Positions 29,082 through 38,776 of a stretch of DNA of 64,000 bases are shown one piece after another. The stretch's first letter is position 1. Each line of letters starts with the position of its first letter. The notes beneath the pieces are model-generated. The model was not told where the DNA came from. It did not search any database and saw nothing but the letters and a program-made list of their open reading frames with translations. A program made the translations under genes and the position numbers. This DNA comes from Saprospiraceae bacterium (GTDB lineage Bacteria > Bacteroidota > Bacteroidia > Chitinophagales > Saprospiraceae). The DNA lies in contig JANOWJ010000138.1 in NCBI GenBank assembly GCA_031417835.1, positions 58,129 through 122,128 on the forward strand, given 5' to 3'.

Positions 29082-30740
29082 TCACAATTTATGAAAAGAA
29101 CGAATGAAGATAGAATTTTGTCGATCAAAAAGCTGAATATAATAAAGACCTTGAGTTAATGGATGAACTGGAATGGGCTGTAGATCATATACCTCTTGTT
29201 CCATCAGTTGTACTCCCATTTGATTAAAGATTCTGACCCTGGCTTTCTTTGAATAAGTGGCAGGGAGATCAATTTGTATGTGATCCATCACCGGATTTGG
29301 ATATAGGTTAATCTCTACCTCTTTTGTCGTACGTATGGCCACTGTCGGATTGTAGCCAAAGTAGCCATCCAAAAATTTGATTCGATTCCTGACCCAGTTT
29401 TTTAAATAATTGATTTCAGCTTCATACGTGCCACCGACGAAAAGATTTGGCCACACATACAGATCGAGTATTTTCCACCGATTAAAATTTCTGGACTGTG
29501 CTTCTTGTATCGTGCGGGACAATGAATCGATCGTATTCATCATATTTGATTCAAGGAAGGTGTTTTTTCTCAATTGAGCCCAACGAGCCTTGGTACTATT
29601 AAAAAAACTGGGATCTGACATGACTTTAGGCCAATAAAAGGGGACCAACCAATAATCATTGATGAAACGATTATTGAATTCAAATGCAAGACCTGTAGGT
29701 TCGCCGCCTTGACAATAATTGGCATTGCCAAATCCTAGGTTAAAATCCCAAACCGGGCCAAATTTGATTTTAGGACTGTTGCTGTCTATATCTTTATGCA
29801 GATACGTGCTTAATCGATACCCGTCTACATTATTGGATATTTCGTTAAGCAATAAAAAATCGATCATTGATTTTTCGTCGGCATATTTTCTATAGCCATT
29901 AGTAGGATGTGTGAAATCTGTGGAAAGAAAACTGGCTTCAAAATTTTGTACTAGCGTAGCTATATATTTTTTCTGATCTGAATTGAGCACATTAGCTTCG
30001 GGATGCTCATATTGATAATAGGTATAATTTGGTGTTGGACCGGGCCTGTTTGAATAGATGGAAGTGTATCCTCCCTGAGGCGTACTACCAGTAGTTTTAT
30101 CTATTTTAAGGATATAGCCACCCGTCAGTGAGTCCCCTTTGATGACCGTGGTTGAAATGGATTTGAGATCTACCCTGTTTTTATCTCTTTTGATTTTCTC
30201 CATCAATACATATACGCCTTGGTACTCTTGGTTGATGATAACCTCACAAAATCGGGTTCGGCTCGAATAAGGCATGATTTGACGCGCAAGATTATGGATA
30301 AGCACATCTCTCATCAGCGATTTATCGCTATAAGGCGCTATGCGTACCCAATCGTTTTCTTCCGGTAGTCCCAATAAACTTACATTCAGATTAGTGCCAT
30401 CTGCATTTCTCGTTTCGAACCCTAAAGGTTTTTTAGGAGATAGATCCAATGAAGAAGATCCCCTAAGCTCCACACCGATCTTCCCTTTAAAATGTGTAGC
30501 ATTATCGCTCACATTATTTCTTTTTCCCGGACCATTATAGATCACCTCGAGGTCGGCTGTGATTTTTGGCTCAGTAAGTATCACCTTGCCATTTGTATTG
30601 ATTATAAAGATGGGCAGATCACTTGAAGTTAGCAGAACTATTTGACCAACTCCAATCCAGGAAGAAATACAGTATAAAACGGTCAGGAAGCAACGAATAA
30701 AAGAATCAGTAGAATGGATAGGGTTTAAAATTTTACCCAT
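29082..30740 (-). CDS. CotH kinase-family protein with T9SS C-terminal sorting domain (tandem paralog)
   Basis: Collinear with the 27417-29075 product, with the same 552-aa length. C-terminal LYPNPVMDHIQIDL...GLYYIQLF sorting domain. Confidence 0.85.
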   Translation of the reverse strand: MGKILNPIHSTDSFIRCFLTVLYCISSWIGVGQIVLLTSSDLPIFIINTNGKVILTEPKITADLEVIYNGPGKRNNVSDNATHFKGKIGVELRGSSSLDLSPKKPLGFETRNADGTNLNVSLLGLPEENDWVRIAPYSDKSLMRDVLIHNLARQIMPYSSRTRFCEVIINQEYQGVYVLMEKIKRDKNRVDLKSISTTVIKGDSLTGGYILKIDKTTGSTPQGGYTSIYSNRPGPTPNYTYYQYEHPEANVLNSDQKKYIATLVQNFEASFLSTDFTHPTNGYRKYADEKSMIDFLLLNEISNNVDGYRLSTYLHKDIDSNSPKIKFGPVWDFNLGFGNANYCQGGEPTGLAFEFNNRFINDYWLVPFYWPKVMSDPSFFNSTKARWAQLRKNTFLESNMMNTIDSLSRTIQEAQSRNFNRWKILDLYVWPNLFVGGTYEAEINYLKNWVRNRIKFLDGYFGYNPTVAIRTTKEVEINLYPNPVMDHIQIDLPATYSKKARVRIFNQMGVQLMEQEVYDLQPIPVHPLTQGLYYIQLFDRQNSIFIRSFHKL

Positions 30741-31882
30741 TTTGTTTGAGATTTTCCGCTTTCGATCACACTTTGAACAAACTGCATACCCCGTACGCCA
30801 TCGGCTACAGTCGGAAAATCATATAGTGGATCTTGAGGTTTGCCTTCTTTTTTAGCGATCACTGCGAACGCAAAATTGCGGTAGATATTGGCAAAAGCCT
30901 CTAAGTAGCCTTCAGGATGACCGGCAGGTACGCGTCGATGCGCCTCAGCTTCCGGATAGAGATCACCGACTCCCGTACGATATATCTCAGTATGTTTTTC
31001 ATGCCACCGCACGATAAGCGTATTGGGATCATGTTGAGACCATTCTAAACCGCCATATTCTCCATAGATTCTGATTTTAAGATTATTTTCTTCTCCGGCA
31101 GATACTTGACTCGCAAACAAAATGCCTCGAGCCCCATTACTCATACGAAGGAGTACATTACCGTCATCGTCTAGTAACCTGCCTGGCACCAAGATGCTGA
31201 TATCAGCACACAACTCTGCTATTTTTAACCCGGTGATGTACTCAGCCAGATTTTCGGCATGCGTGCCGATATCGCCCATCGCTCCAGCTATCCCGGATCG
31301 AGTAGGATCCGTACGCCAGGTAGCTTGTTTAAAATTGGGATGGGTGGACCCTTCTATTTTTTCTGATAACCAGCCTTGAGGATATTCTACTACGAGCTTG
31401 CGGATGGTGCCTATTTTGCCGTCTGCAATCATGCGCTTAGCTTGTTTGACCATGGGATATCCGGTATAATTATGCGTCAACGCAAATACCCGGCCAGTCG
31501 CTTTTATGGTTTTCTCAAGATCTAAGGCTTCGGCCATAGTGAAACTCAGTGGTTTATCGCATATGACATCAAATCCATTTTCCAAAGCAAGCTTGGCTGG
31601 CTCATAATGCATGTGATTAGGCGTCACGATAGCTACAAAATCCATACGATTATCATCTGTCAGGCCTTTCTCAGTCAAGATCATTTCTTCAAAAGAGCCA
31701 TAACATCGCTCTGGAGGCAATAAGAGATCACCACCCGATGCTTTAGATTTTTCAGGATCACTGGAGAAAGCACCACAGACCAACTCAATCAGACCATCCA
31801 TATTAGCTGCTATGCGATGCACACCACCGATAAAGGCGCCTCGTCCACCACCGACCATACCCATTCTAAGTTTTCTATTCAT
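30725..31882 (-). CDS. Gfo/Idh/MocA-family NAD(P)-dependent oxidoreductase (no leader, cytoplasmic)
   Basis: Rossmann N-terminus LRMGMVGGGRGAFIGGVHR. 385 aa. The 3' end overlaps the start of the downstream CotH gene by 16 nt. Confidence 0.85.
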   Translation of the reverse strand: MNRKLRMGMVGGGRGAFIGGVHRIAANMDGLIELVCGAFSSDPEKSKASGGDLLLPPERCYGSFEEMILTEKGLTDDNRMDFVAIVTPNHMHYEPAKLALENGFDVICDKPLSFTMAEALDLEKTIKATGRVFALTHNYTGYPMVKQAKRMIADGKIGTIRKLVVEYPQGWLSEKIEGSTHPNFKQATWRTDPTRSGIAGAMGDIGTHAENLAEYITGLKIAELCADISILVPGRLLDDDGNVLLRMSNGARGILFASQVSAGEENNLKIRIYGEYGGLEWSQHDPNTLIVRWHEKHTEIYRTGVGDLYPEAEAHRRVPAGHPEGYLEAFANIYRNFAFAVIAKKEGKPQDPLYDFPTVADGVRGMQFVQSVIESGKSQTKWVKF

Positions 31883-32157
31883 ACTAGGATTGAAAATTTT
31901 TGATAAATGTAGGGAAAAGATAGGGATTGGGTCATGGCATGAAGAAGGTGCCTAGGATTGGCGAGGGTATAAAACAACGAATTTTTGTTGAAGCGCAGAA
32001 GTATGATTAGATTATAGTCGGATCATTAAAAAATTATATATCAATATTGTATTAAGCTATAACTTTAGTGAAAGTAAAATCATTGCATAGAATGGATGGT
32101 CTACGTAGAATTTTAAACACTAAAAAATATAATTGAGGTAATGAATCATCGCAACCT

Positions 32158-33657
32158 ATGAAAAAGAAAATGAATCGACGCACATTTGTTGCCGATACTT
32201 CAACTGCATCTATTGGTGCGTTGGCATTTCATATCGTGCCTAGTCGGGTATTGGGCGGATGGCGCCACATTGCTCCAAGTGATAAATTGAATATAGCATA
32301 TATCGGTTGTGGGACTCAAGGCTTGCGAGAAATGTGCCAATTGATTCAAAACCCAAAAGTACAGATCACTTCTGTATGCGATGTCAACAAGATGAGCACG
32401 AATTATGTGGATTGGTCGCCCAACGGCATTCGAGATGGCATTCGTAAAATATTAGGCGATGCTGGCTGGGGTGAACGATTTAAAGGTATCCCAGGAGGTC
32501 GGGATATTGGTAAAGAAGTAGTAGATCAGTATTACAATAAGGTGAACAATACGACAAATCATAGTATCACCTCCTATGAAGATTTTAGAGAATTATTGGT
32601 CCGTGAAAAAGGTTTTGATGCGGTAAAGATTATGACCCCGGATCACTTACATGGGCACATCTCCATAGCTTCTATGAAACAAGGTAAGCATGTCGTCATT
32701 CATAAACCTATCGCCAATAGAATGTTTGAAGCCCGTACGACGATCCGGATAGCGCGAGAAACTGGGATGAGGACTCACTTATTAGCATGGGGGAAATTTA
32801 AGGGACTGGAAGAAATCAATACTTGGCTACAACAAGGTCAAATAGGAGCGTTAAAAGAAATTCACAATTGGAGCAATAGACCCGTCTGGCCGCAATGGAC
32901 TTCTTATCCTACTGATACACCTGCAGTCCCGGAAGGATTTAATTGGAACCTATGGTTGGGCCCCATTCCCCATCGACCGTATCATACAAATTATACCCAT
33001 AATGTATTTAGGGGTTGGTACGATTTCGGAGGTGGAAGCATCGCTGATATGGGGCACTATAGCCTGTGGCCTTTGTTTTTAAATATTGGTGTAGACACGG
33101 CGCCGATCAGTGCAGAAGCCACCGGTACTACGACCAGCATGATAGAAAATCAAGTGTGTAAAGTGGTGAATAATGATGTGGCATTTCCATATTCTTCGAC
33201 TGTAAAATTTAAATTTCCGGCTCAGAGTCGATTGTCTGCCTTTGATTTGTTTTGGTATGATGGGGGCATTCGGCCAGCGACGCCCGACGAATTAGGGGAT
33301 GCATCCCTACCACGAGAAGGCATGATGATCAAAGGGGAACAAGGTATGATCTTAGCAGGATTCCGAGGTGAAAATCCAAAATTGATCAATAAGGATAACA
33401 AGTTTAATCCAGACCCATTGACAAGAGAAACCAATCAGCGAAGTGATGATCATTGGCTGGATGCTTTTAAAAACAACACAGAATCTCCTGGTAGTTTCCT
33501 AAAAGCTGGAGCTGTGACGGAGACTATTTTATTAGGTGCTGTGGCGATGCGTGCCAAAAAAAGATTAATATATGATACAGTGAATATGAAAATTACAAAT
33601 GATGAAGATGCGAATAAGTATTTTTACAGAGAATATAGGAATGGATGGGAGTTGTGA
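32158..33657 (+). CDS. Gfo/Idh/MocA-family oxidoreductase with Tat leader
   Basis: MNRRTFVADTSTASIGALAF twin-arginine leader, Rossmann segment LNIAYIGCGTQG, MTPDHLH motif. 499 aa. Confidence 0.8.
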   Translation: MKKKMNRRTFVADTSTASIGALAFHIVPSRVLGGWRHIAPSDKLNIAYIGCGTQGLREMCQLIQNPKVQITSVCDVNKMSTNYVDWSPNGIRDGIRKILGDAGWGERFKGIPGGRDIGKEVVDQYYNKVNNTTNHSITSYEDFRELLVREKGFDAVKIMTPDHLHGHISIASMKQGKHVVIHKPIANRMFEARTTIRIARETGMRTHLLAWGKFKGLEEINTWLQQGQIGALKEIHNWSNRPVWPQWTSYPTDTPAVPEGFNWNLWLGPIPHRPYHTNYTHNVFRGWYDFGGGSIADMGHYSLWPLFLNIGVDTAPISAEATGTTTSMIENQVCKVVNNDVAFPYSSTVKFKFPAQSRLSAFDLFWYDGGIRPATPDELGDASLPREGMMIKGEQGMILAGFRGENPKLINKDNKFNPDPLTRETNQRSDDHWLDAFKNNTESPGSFLKAGAVTETILLGAVAMRAKKRLIYDTVNMKITNDEDANKYFYREYRNGWEL

Positions 33658-33726
33658 TTTTTGGAATAAATTGGGAATATGTGGTTCATAATTTTGTAGC
33701 TTTGAAAAGCATTAACTTATAGAATA

Positions 33727-34578
33727 ATGAAAAGAAGACAGTTTATTGAGGCAACGACATTAAGCGCGCTCAGTGTGCCATTTATCGCTAATCCTTTACG
33801 TACATTAAAAAATAAAGCAATGAAAAACGATATCTCACTTGCTCAATGGGCACTCGTCGAAGAGATGCGGGCAGGTAAATGGAAAAACCTTGATTTCCCT
33901 AAAATAGCTCGGGAAGACTTTGGATTGAATGGCATCGAATTTGTCAATACTTTATTTGAAGTTCCTACGGAGGGCTATCTTAAAAAATTGAAGTCTAATG
34001 CGGCAGCTCATGGCGTGGATATGGTACTGATCATGGTAGATGATGAAGGGGATGGGGCTTCGGATACTAAGGAAGGTCGAAAACAATTTGATGTCAATCA
34101 TCGCAAGTGGATAGATATCGCGCACTATCTGGGCTGTCATGCTATACGCACTAATTGTAGAGCTCCCAAAGATGCCAATCCAAAGGAGGCAATCAAATGG
34201 GCCACTGAATCATACAATATGTTATTGGATTATTCCAAAGCATCTGGTGTCAAAGTGGTCATTGAAAATCATGGTGGGGTCTCTAATGACGGCGACTGGA
34301 TGGTCGCTTTAATGAAATCGGTCAACAACCCATTATTTGGTACTTATCCTGATTGGCGGAGTCCCAGTAAAGATTTTGATAATGTAACCTACCTGGAAAA
34401 AACATTACCGTATGCCCTTGGTATGTCATACCGTAACCAACCGACAGAGGAGCTCACCGCCAAAATGATTAAAATGTCTAAGGACAGCGGTTATACCGGA
34501 TGGTATGGCATAGAGTCTACTGGCCGCGAAGCGATACATCAAGGCATAGGGTTATTGAAAAAGTATTTGTTGTCTTAA
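33727..34578 (+). CDS. Xylose-isomerase-like TIM-barrel protein (sugar phosphate isomerase/epimerase family) with Tat-like leader
   Basis: MKRRQFIEATTLSALSVPF leader and VVIENHGG strand motif. 283 aa, 69 nt after the Tat-Gfo gene. Confidence 0.75.
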   Translation: MKRRQFIEATTLSALSVPFIANPLRTLKNKAMKNDISLAQWALVEEMRAGKWKNLDFPKIAREDFGLNGIEFVNTLFEVPTEGYLKKLKSNAAAHGVDMVLIMVDDEGDGASDTKEGRKQFDVNHRKWIDIAHYLGCHAIRTNCRAPKDANPKEAIKWATESYNMLLDYSKASGVKVVIENHGGVSNDGDWMVALMKSVNNPLFGTYPDWRSPSKDFDNVTYLEKTLPYALGMSYRNQPTEELTAKMIKMSKDSGYTGWYGIESTGREAIHQGIGLLKKYLLS

Positions 34579-34583
34579 TATAA

Positions 34584-36464
34584 TCAAGCCTCCCAATCCG
34601 TATGATAGGATTGACCATATGGATCATCCGTTGTCCGATACGTATGTGCGCCAAAAAAATCCCGTTGAGCTTGGATCAAATTCATTGGTGAATTAGTAGT
34701 TGCATAGCCTAAAATAAAATTTAATGCCGATGAAAGACAAGGCAAGGCTAGTCCATTAGCTAAACCTGAAGTGACCGTTTTTATTAGTGATGGTAAATGA
34801 GTTTGAACCTCTATCCTTCGATGGAGGAGAATATTATGCTCAGTTTTGAACAACTCACAGATCGTCTCCATTATACTGGACCTGATGATACAGCCATTGG
34901 TCCAGATTCTCGCAGTTTCAGATAGATTCAATGCCCAATTATTTTGTAATGATGCGGCATTTATGACCTCAAACCCTTGATGATGATTGATCCATCTGGC
35001 CAGTGTATATGCATCTTTTAGTTGGTTGGTGTCCATTTCTACCAGGACATTTTCTGCAAATTTATTTTTTCCAAATAGTGTCCTTTCTTGTTTGTAGGAT
35101 GAAATATACCTGGCAAACAAAGCATCGCCGATCAGCGTAGCTGGCACACCTACTTCAGCTGCTGCCGTCAGGCTCCATCCGCCCGTACCTTTATTGCCTC
35201 CGATATCCACGATTTTATCTAGTGTATATTGTCCTTCCGTCTTGTGCCTTAAGATCTTGATCGTGATCTCCAATAGATAGCTAGATAACTCTCCTCCATA
35301 CCATTCTTCAAAAAGTGTGGCGATATATTCATTTGATTTGCCAGATCCTTTTTTTAGAAGCCAATAGACTTCAGATATTAATTGCATTTCAGCATACTCT
35401 ATACCATTGTGTATCATTTTTACGAAATGACCTGCCCCCCCTGATCCGATATAGCCACTACACGGTCTACCTTGTTTGTCTTTAGCTGCGATGGCTTGGA
35501 GGATGTGTTCGATCTGATTATATGCATCCCTATGGCCTCCCGGCATGATCGCAGGACCTCTTAAAGCACCCTTTTCTCCACCTGATACACCTATACCTAC
35601 AAAGTGGATTTGATGATTCCACAACTCTATTATTCTACGTTCAGTATCCTTAAAGTGAGAGTTGCCTCCATCCATCAGGATATCTCCGGGGCTCAAGTAA
35701 GGGACCATTGTGTCGATTACCTTGTCTACCGTTTGGCCAGCTGGCACCATCAAAAATATTTTTCGAGGGGTGGTTAAGGATGTGATAAATTCCCGGATAT
35801 CCTCAAATCCTTTAGCCTTTGAAAATTCAGAAAATTCGGCAATTGTTCTTTCAGCTACTTTTTCCTCTTTTCCTTTGCTAAATTGATTAAATAGAGACAG
35901 CTTAATGCCTTTGGCAGCCAGATTTCTTGCGAGACTTTTGCCCATCACACCTAGCCCCAACAGGCCAAACTCTGAACGATCCTGATTTAATAGAATATGA
36001 TCTACTATGAGCTGTGGGGATTGATCGATAGAGATATGCAATCCATAATGGGGATATTCCATTGTATCCAATTGTGAAGTCAGTAGCCCCGGTGGCATAT
36101 AATGATCTTTGCGTGCTGCCATTCGATCGTGTATGAGCGAGTAGCCACCTTTGAGGACTACCCATTGGATAGGGGCGCTAATGTTTTTTATTAATGCCAA
36201 TCGATATTTTTCTTTTAAAGCAGAGCAGGCGATGATCGCGCCACCTAGACTCATATGTGACAACGCTATATTATTGATCGATTGGAGCCAACCAACTCGA
36301 TCCTCATCATTCAAGGGTATACCGGCTTTCATTTTGGCCTTATTTTCAACGGAGTGAAAATCATCCGCATCAAAGTAGGGGACTTTGATGTTGTCAGATA
36401 GTATTTTAGCTACTGTAGTCTTGCCGGACCCGGATACCCCCATGATGATATAGATCATTGACAT
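34584..36464 (-). CDS. Fusion protein: gluconokinase (N-terminal, about 160 aa) plus decarboxylating 6-phosphogluconate dehydrogenase
   Basis: P-loop IIMGVSGSGKTT with a GntK-like body. Then GLLGLGVMGKSLARNL, GVSGGEKGALRGPAIMPGG and GAGHFVKMIHNGIEYAEMQLI, the canonical Gnd motifs. 626 aa in one frame. Confidence 0.9.
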   Translation of the reverse strand: MSMIYIIMGVSGSGKTTVAKILSDNIKVPYFDADDFHSVENKAKMKAGIPLNDEDRVGWLQSINNIALSHMSLGGAIIACSALKEKYRLALIKNISAPIQWVVLKGGYSLIHDRMAARKDHYMPPGLLTSQLDTMEYPHYGLHISIDQSPQLIVDHILLNQDRSEFGLLGLGVMGKSLARNLAAKGIKLSLFNQFSKGKEEKVAERTIAEFSEFSKAKGFEDIREFITSLTTPRKIFLMVPAGQTVDKVIDTMVPYLSPGDILMDGGNSHFKDTERRIIELWNHQIHFVGIGVSGGEKGALRGPAIMPGGHRDAYNQIEHILQAIAAKDKQGRPCSGYIGSGGAGHFVKMIHNGIEYAEMQLISEVYWLLKKGSGKSNEYIATLFEEWYGGELSSYLLEITIKILRHKTEGQYTLDKIVDIGGNKGTGGWSLTAAAEVGVPATLIGDALFARYISSYKQERTLFGKNKFAENVLVEMDTNQLKDAYTLARWINHHQGFEVINAASLQNNWALNLSETARIWTNGCIIRSSIMETICELFKTEHNILLHRRIEVQTHLPSLIKTVTSGLANGLALPCLSSALNFILGYATTNSPMNLIQAQRDFFGAHTYRTTDDPYGQSYHTDWEA

Positions 36465-36581
36465 GTATTACACTAATAAATGATCTGCAAGATAACCCAT
36501 GTTACCTAATGTATTAAAGCGATAAATCGAAAATAGTCAGATGTATAAAATGAACTAGAAAACATCGAGTCTGGGGTAGAA

Positions 36582-37709
36582 GTGGTAAAATCACAATCTA
36601 GTAAGTGTATAGGATGGCTATCTTTGCGCGCAATGAATGACTTTTTGATACCTGCTTCTAATCCACCGGCCAAAATCAAGCCCGGTCACATCGCATGGAG
36701 GTCACCTTCCAATATCGCAATAGTCAAATATTGGGGAAAATATGGGCAACAATTTCCAGCTAACCCATCTCTCAGTATGACGCTCGAAAATGCGTATACT
36801 GAAACACATTTGTTTTACAAACCTAGAGCGGCCAATGATGAAGCCATAAATTACACATTTGACAACCAAAAAAATCGTGCTTTTGAAGCCAGGATTCAAC
36901 TGGTTTTTAAATCATGGAAGGAATATTTCCCATTTCTGGATACCATCCATCTGGACATTCATTCCAAAAATTCCTTTCCTCACTCAACAGGCATCGCCTC
37001 CTCCGCTTCCAGCATGAGTGCATTGGCACTTTGCGTGGTCGCGTTAGAACAATTGATTTATAAAAGATTCACTGATAAAGAATTTTTTCAAAAAGCCAGT
37101 TTTATGGCCAGGCTAGCCTCAGGCAGTGCATGTCGATCCGTATTTCCATGTTTTTCGGTTTGGGGCAAGACAGATCATGTAGAAGGCAGTCATGATGCAT
37201 ATGCTATTCCATTAGAGCGCTTTCATCCAATATTCGCTTCATTGCTAGATGATATCATCATCGTGAGCAGTGATGAAAAAGCCGTAAGTAGCTCGGCCGG
37301 ACATGTGTTGATGAATGATCATCCATTCGCAGAGAGTAGATATACTCAAGCCAGAAGACATACAGAGGAATTGAATCAAATCCTAAAGTCAGGTGATCTG
37401 GATCGTTTTGGTGAAATAGCTGAGATGGAAGCCATGACTCTACATGCTTTGATGATGTGCTCACAACCGAGCTATACCTTGATGCTACCCAATACACTGA
37501 CCGTGATCAATAAAGTCAGAGATTTTCGACGGGATACAAAATTGCCGGTGTATTTTTCATTAGATGCAGGACCTAATCCACATATTTTATACCCTTCTGA
37601 CATCAATGCAGAAGTTGAAGGATTTATCCTGAATGAGATCAAACCCTTAGCCGAAGAGGGTAAAGTCTTGAAAGATCATTGTGGTAAAGGCCCTTTCCAA
37701 CTCAGTTAA
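36582..37709 (+). CDS. mvaD: Diphosphomevalonate decarboxylase (GHMP kinase family); likely start ATG 36633
   Basis: SPSNIAIVKYWGKYG...NPSLSMTL and the GHMP motif PHSTGIASSASSMSALA. Confidence 0.85.
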   Translation: MVKSQSSKCIGWLSLRAMNDFLIPASNPPAKIKPGHIAWRSPSNIAIVKYWGKYGQQFPANPSLSMTLENAYTETHLFYKPRAANDEAINYTFDNQKNRAFEARIQLVFKSWKEYFPFLDTIHLDIHSKNSFPHSTGIASSASSMSALALCVVALEQLIYKRFTDKEFFQKASFMARLASGSACRSVFPCFSVWGKTDHVEGSHDAYAIPLERFHPIFASLLDDIIIVSSDEKAVSSSAGHVLMNDHPFAESRYTQARRHTEELNQILKSGDLDRFGEIAEMEAMTLHALMMCSQPSYTLMLPNTLTVINKVRDFRRDTKLPVYFSLDAGPNPHILYPSDINAEVEGFILNEIKPLAEEGKVLKDHCGKGPFQLS

Positions 37710-37828
37710 TGAATCAATATCTTCCAATCATTCTCTGTTGTGAAGCACTTCAACAACCCAAAGTTTAAGCCAGCTATTAGCATTGCCTTGGGCGTTAAAT
37801 AATCCTCATCAGCGATGTACCCCATAGA

Positions 37829-38776
37829 TCATATTTGATTTTCAATGCTAAATTCCTCCCGACCTTCCAATGATTTTTTCCAGGAAGCCTTATTCCAAAC
37901 TGGCTTTTTGTATTTCAATAAATAGGCAAGCAACATCCCCTGAAATAACATTGCTACCAATGAACCTTCATACCCAAAAGCCGCTCCCGTGATTCTTGGA
38001 TAGCCAGTATCCTGAAATTGGATCAAACTATACACATCGACACCGCTGACATTAAAATCAAAAAAACCAGCTTGGATAAAATTCCATCCGGCATGAAATC
38101 CTGCGCAGATCCAGATATTGCGATATAAAATGAAGAATACAGCCATGATGGCTCCGCCCAGTAGTATATTGGCAAATCCAAGCCAAGTGAAATTAGTATT
38201 TCCAATGTGCATCAAAGCAAAAAATGAAGCAGAGCAGATGACGGCCACTATAGTACCTAATCTATATTCTAACATCGGTATTAAAAAGGCCCTGGTCAAA
38301 ACTTCTTCGCCTGTACTTTGAACAATAAAAAAAAGGAGAAAGCCTACGAAGTAAAGCCAATTATAGGAGGAGGGCAGAAGAGAAACTTGATGAAAAATGA
38401 ATAGAATTAAAAATCCGGGCACAACCATCATCGCACTACAGCCCCATCCCCGGCCAAAGTACGTGACGGCTTGATCCAGATCATACCCTAAGTCCAGGAG
38501 TCGTCGATTAAATATAAAGTGATGTACCACTATAGATGCTCCGGTAAATGAAATCAAAAGGGGGACATAATTGAGTAATAGTAAGGGATATGGATTAGTC
38601 TGTTCTGAAAACTGACCAAGCGTCATGTACGCTATTGGATCTTGTTTAAAAAATTGTAAGATTAAAAACTGAGCCCCAAGTACAATACAAAAGACAATTG
38701 TAAAAAGCATTATTTCTAGGATAGCCCATCCGATATTATTTAGTATTCGCTTCATCTTTGGTTGTCTTTTCTTCAA
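37829..38776 (-). CDS. CPBP-family intramembrane glutamic endopeptidase (CAAX protease-like)
   Basis: Multi-TM protein. Motif 1 GEEVLTRAF and motif 2 FFALMH. Confidence 0.8.
   Translation of the reverse strand: MKKRQPKMKRILNNIGWAILEIMLFTIVFCIVLGAQFLILQFFKQDPIAYMTLGQFSEQTNPYPLLLLNYVPLLISFTGASIVVHHFIFNRRLLDLGYDLDQAVTYFGRGWGCSAMMVVPGFLILFIFHQVSLLPSSYNWLYFVGFLLFFIVQSTGEEVLTRAFLIPMLEYRLGTIVAVICSASFFALMHIGNTNFTWLGFANILLGGAIMAVFFILYRNIWICAGFHAGWNFIQAGFFDFNVSGVDVYSLIQFQDTGYPRITGAAFGYEGSLVAMLFQGMLLAYLLKYKKPVWNKASWKKSLEGREEFSIENQI

Noticed and set aside
36582-36632. Extended N-termini given by the ORF track for several genes: 36582 GVG start of mvaD, 54825 TTG of the PQQ enzyme, 61244 of the beta-helix gene, 1538 of PBP4 and 15522 of tadA.
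   Set aside because: The conserved domains or signal peptides begin at internal ATG codons (36633, 54849, 61328, 1628/1637, 15540). The extensions lack leader-like or conserved sequence. I kept the track coordinates but flagged the likely starts.
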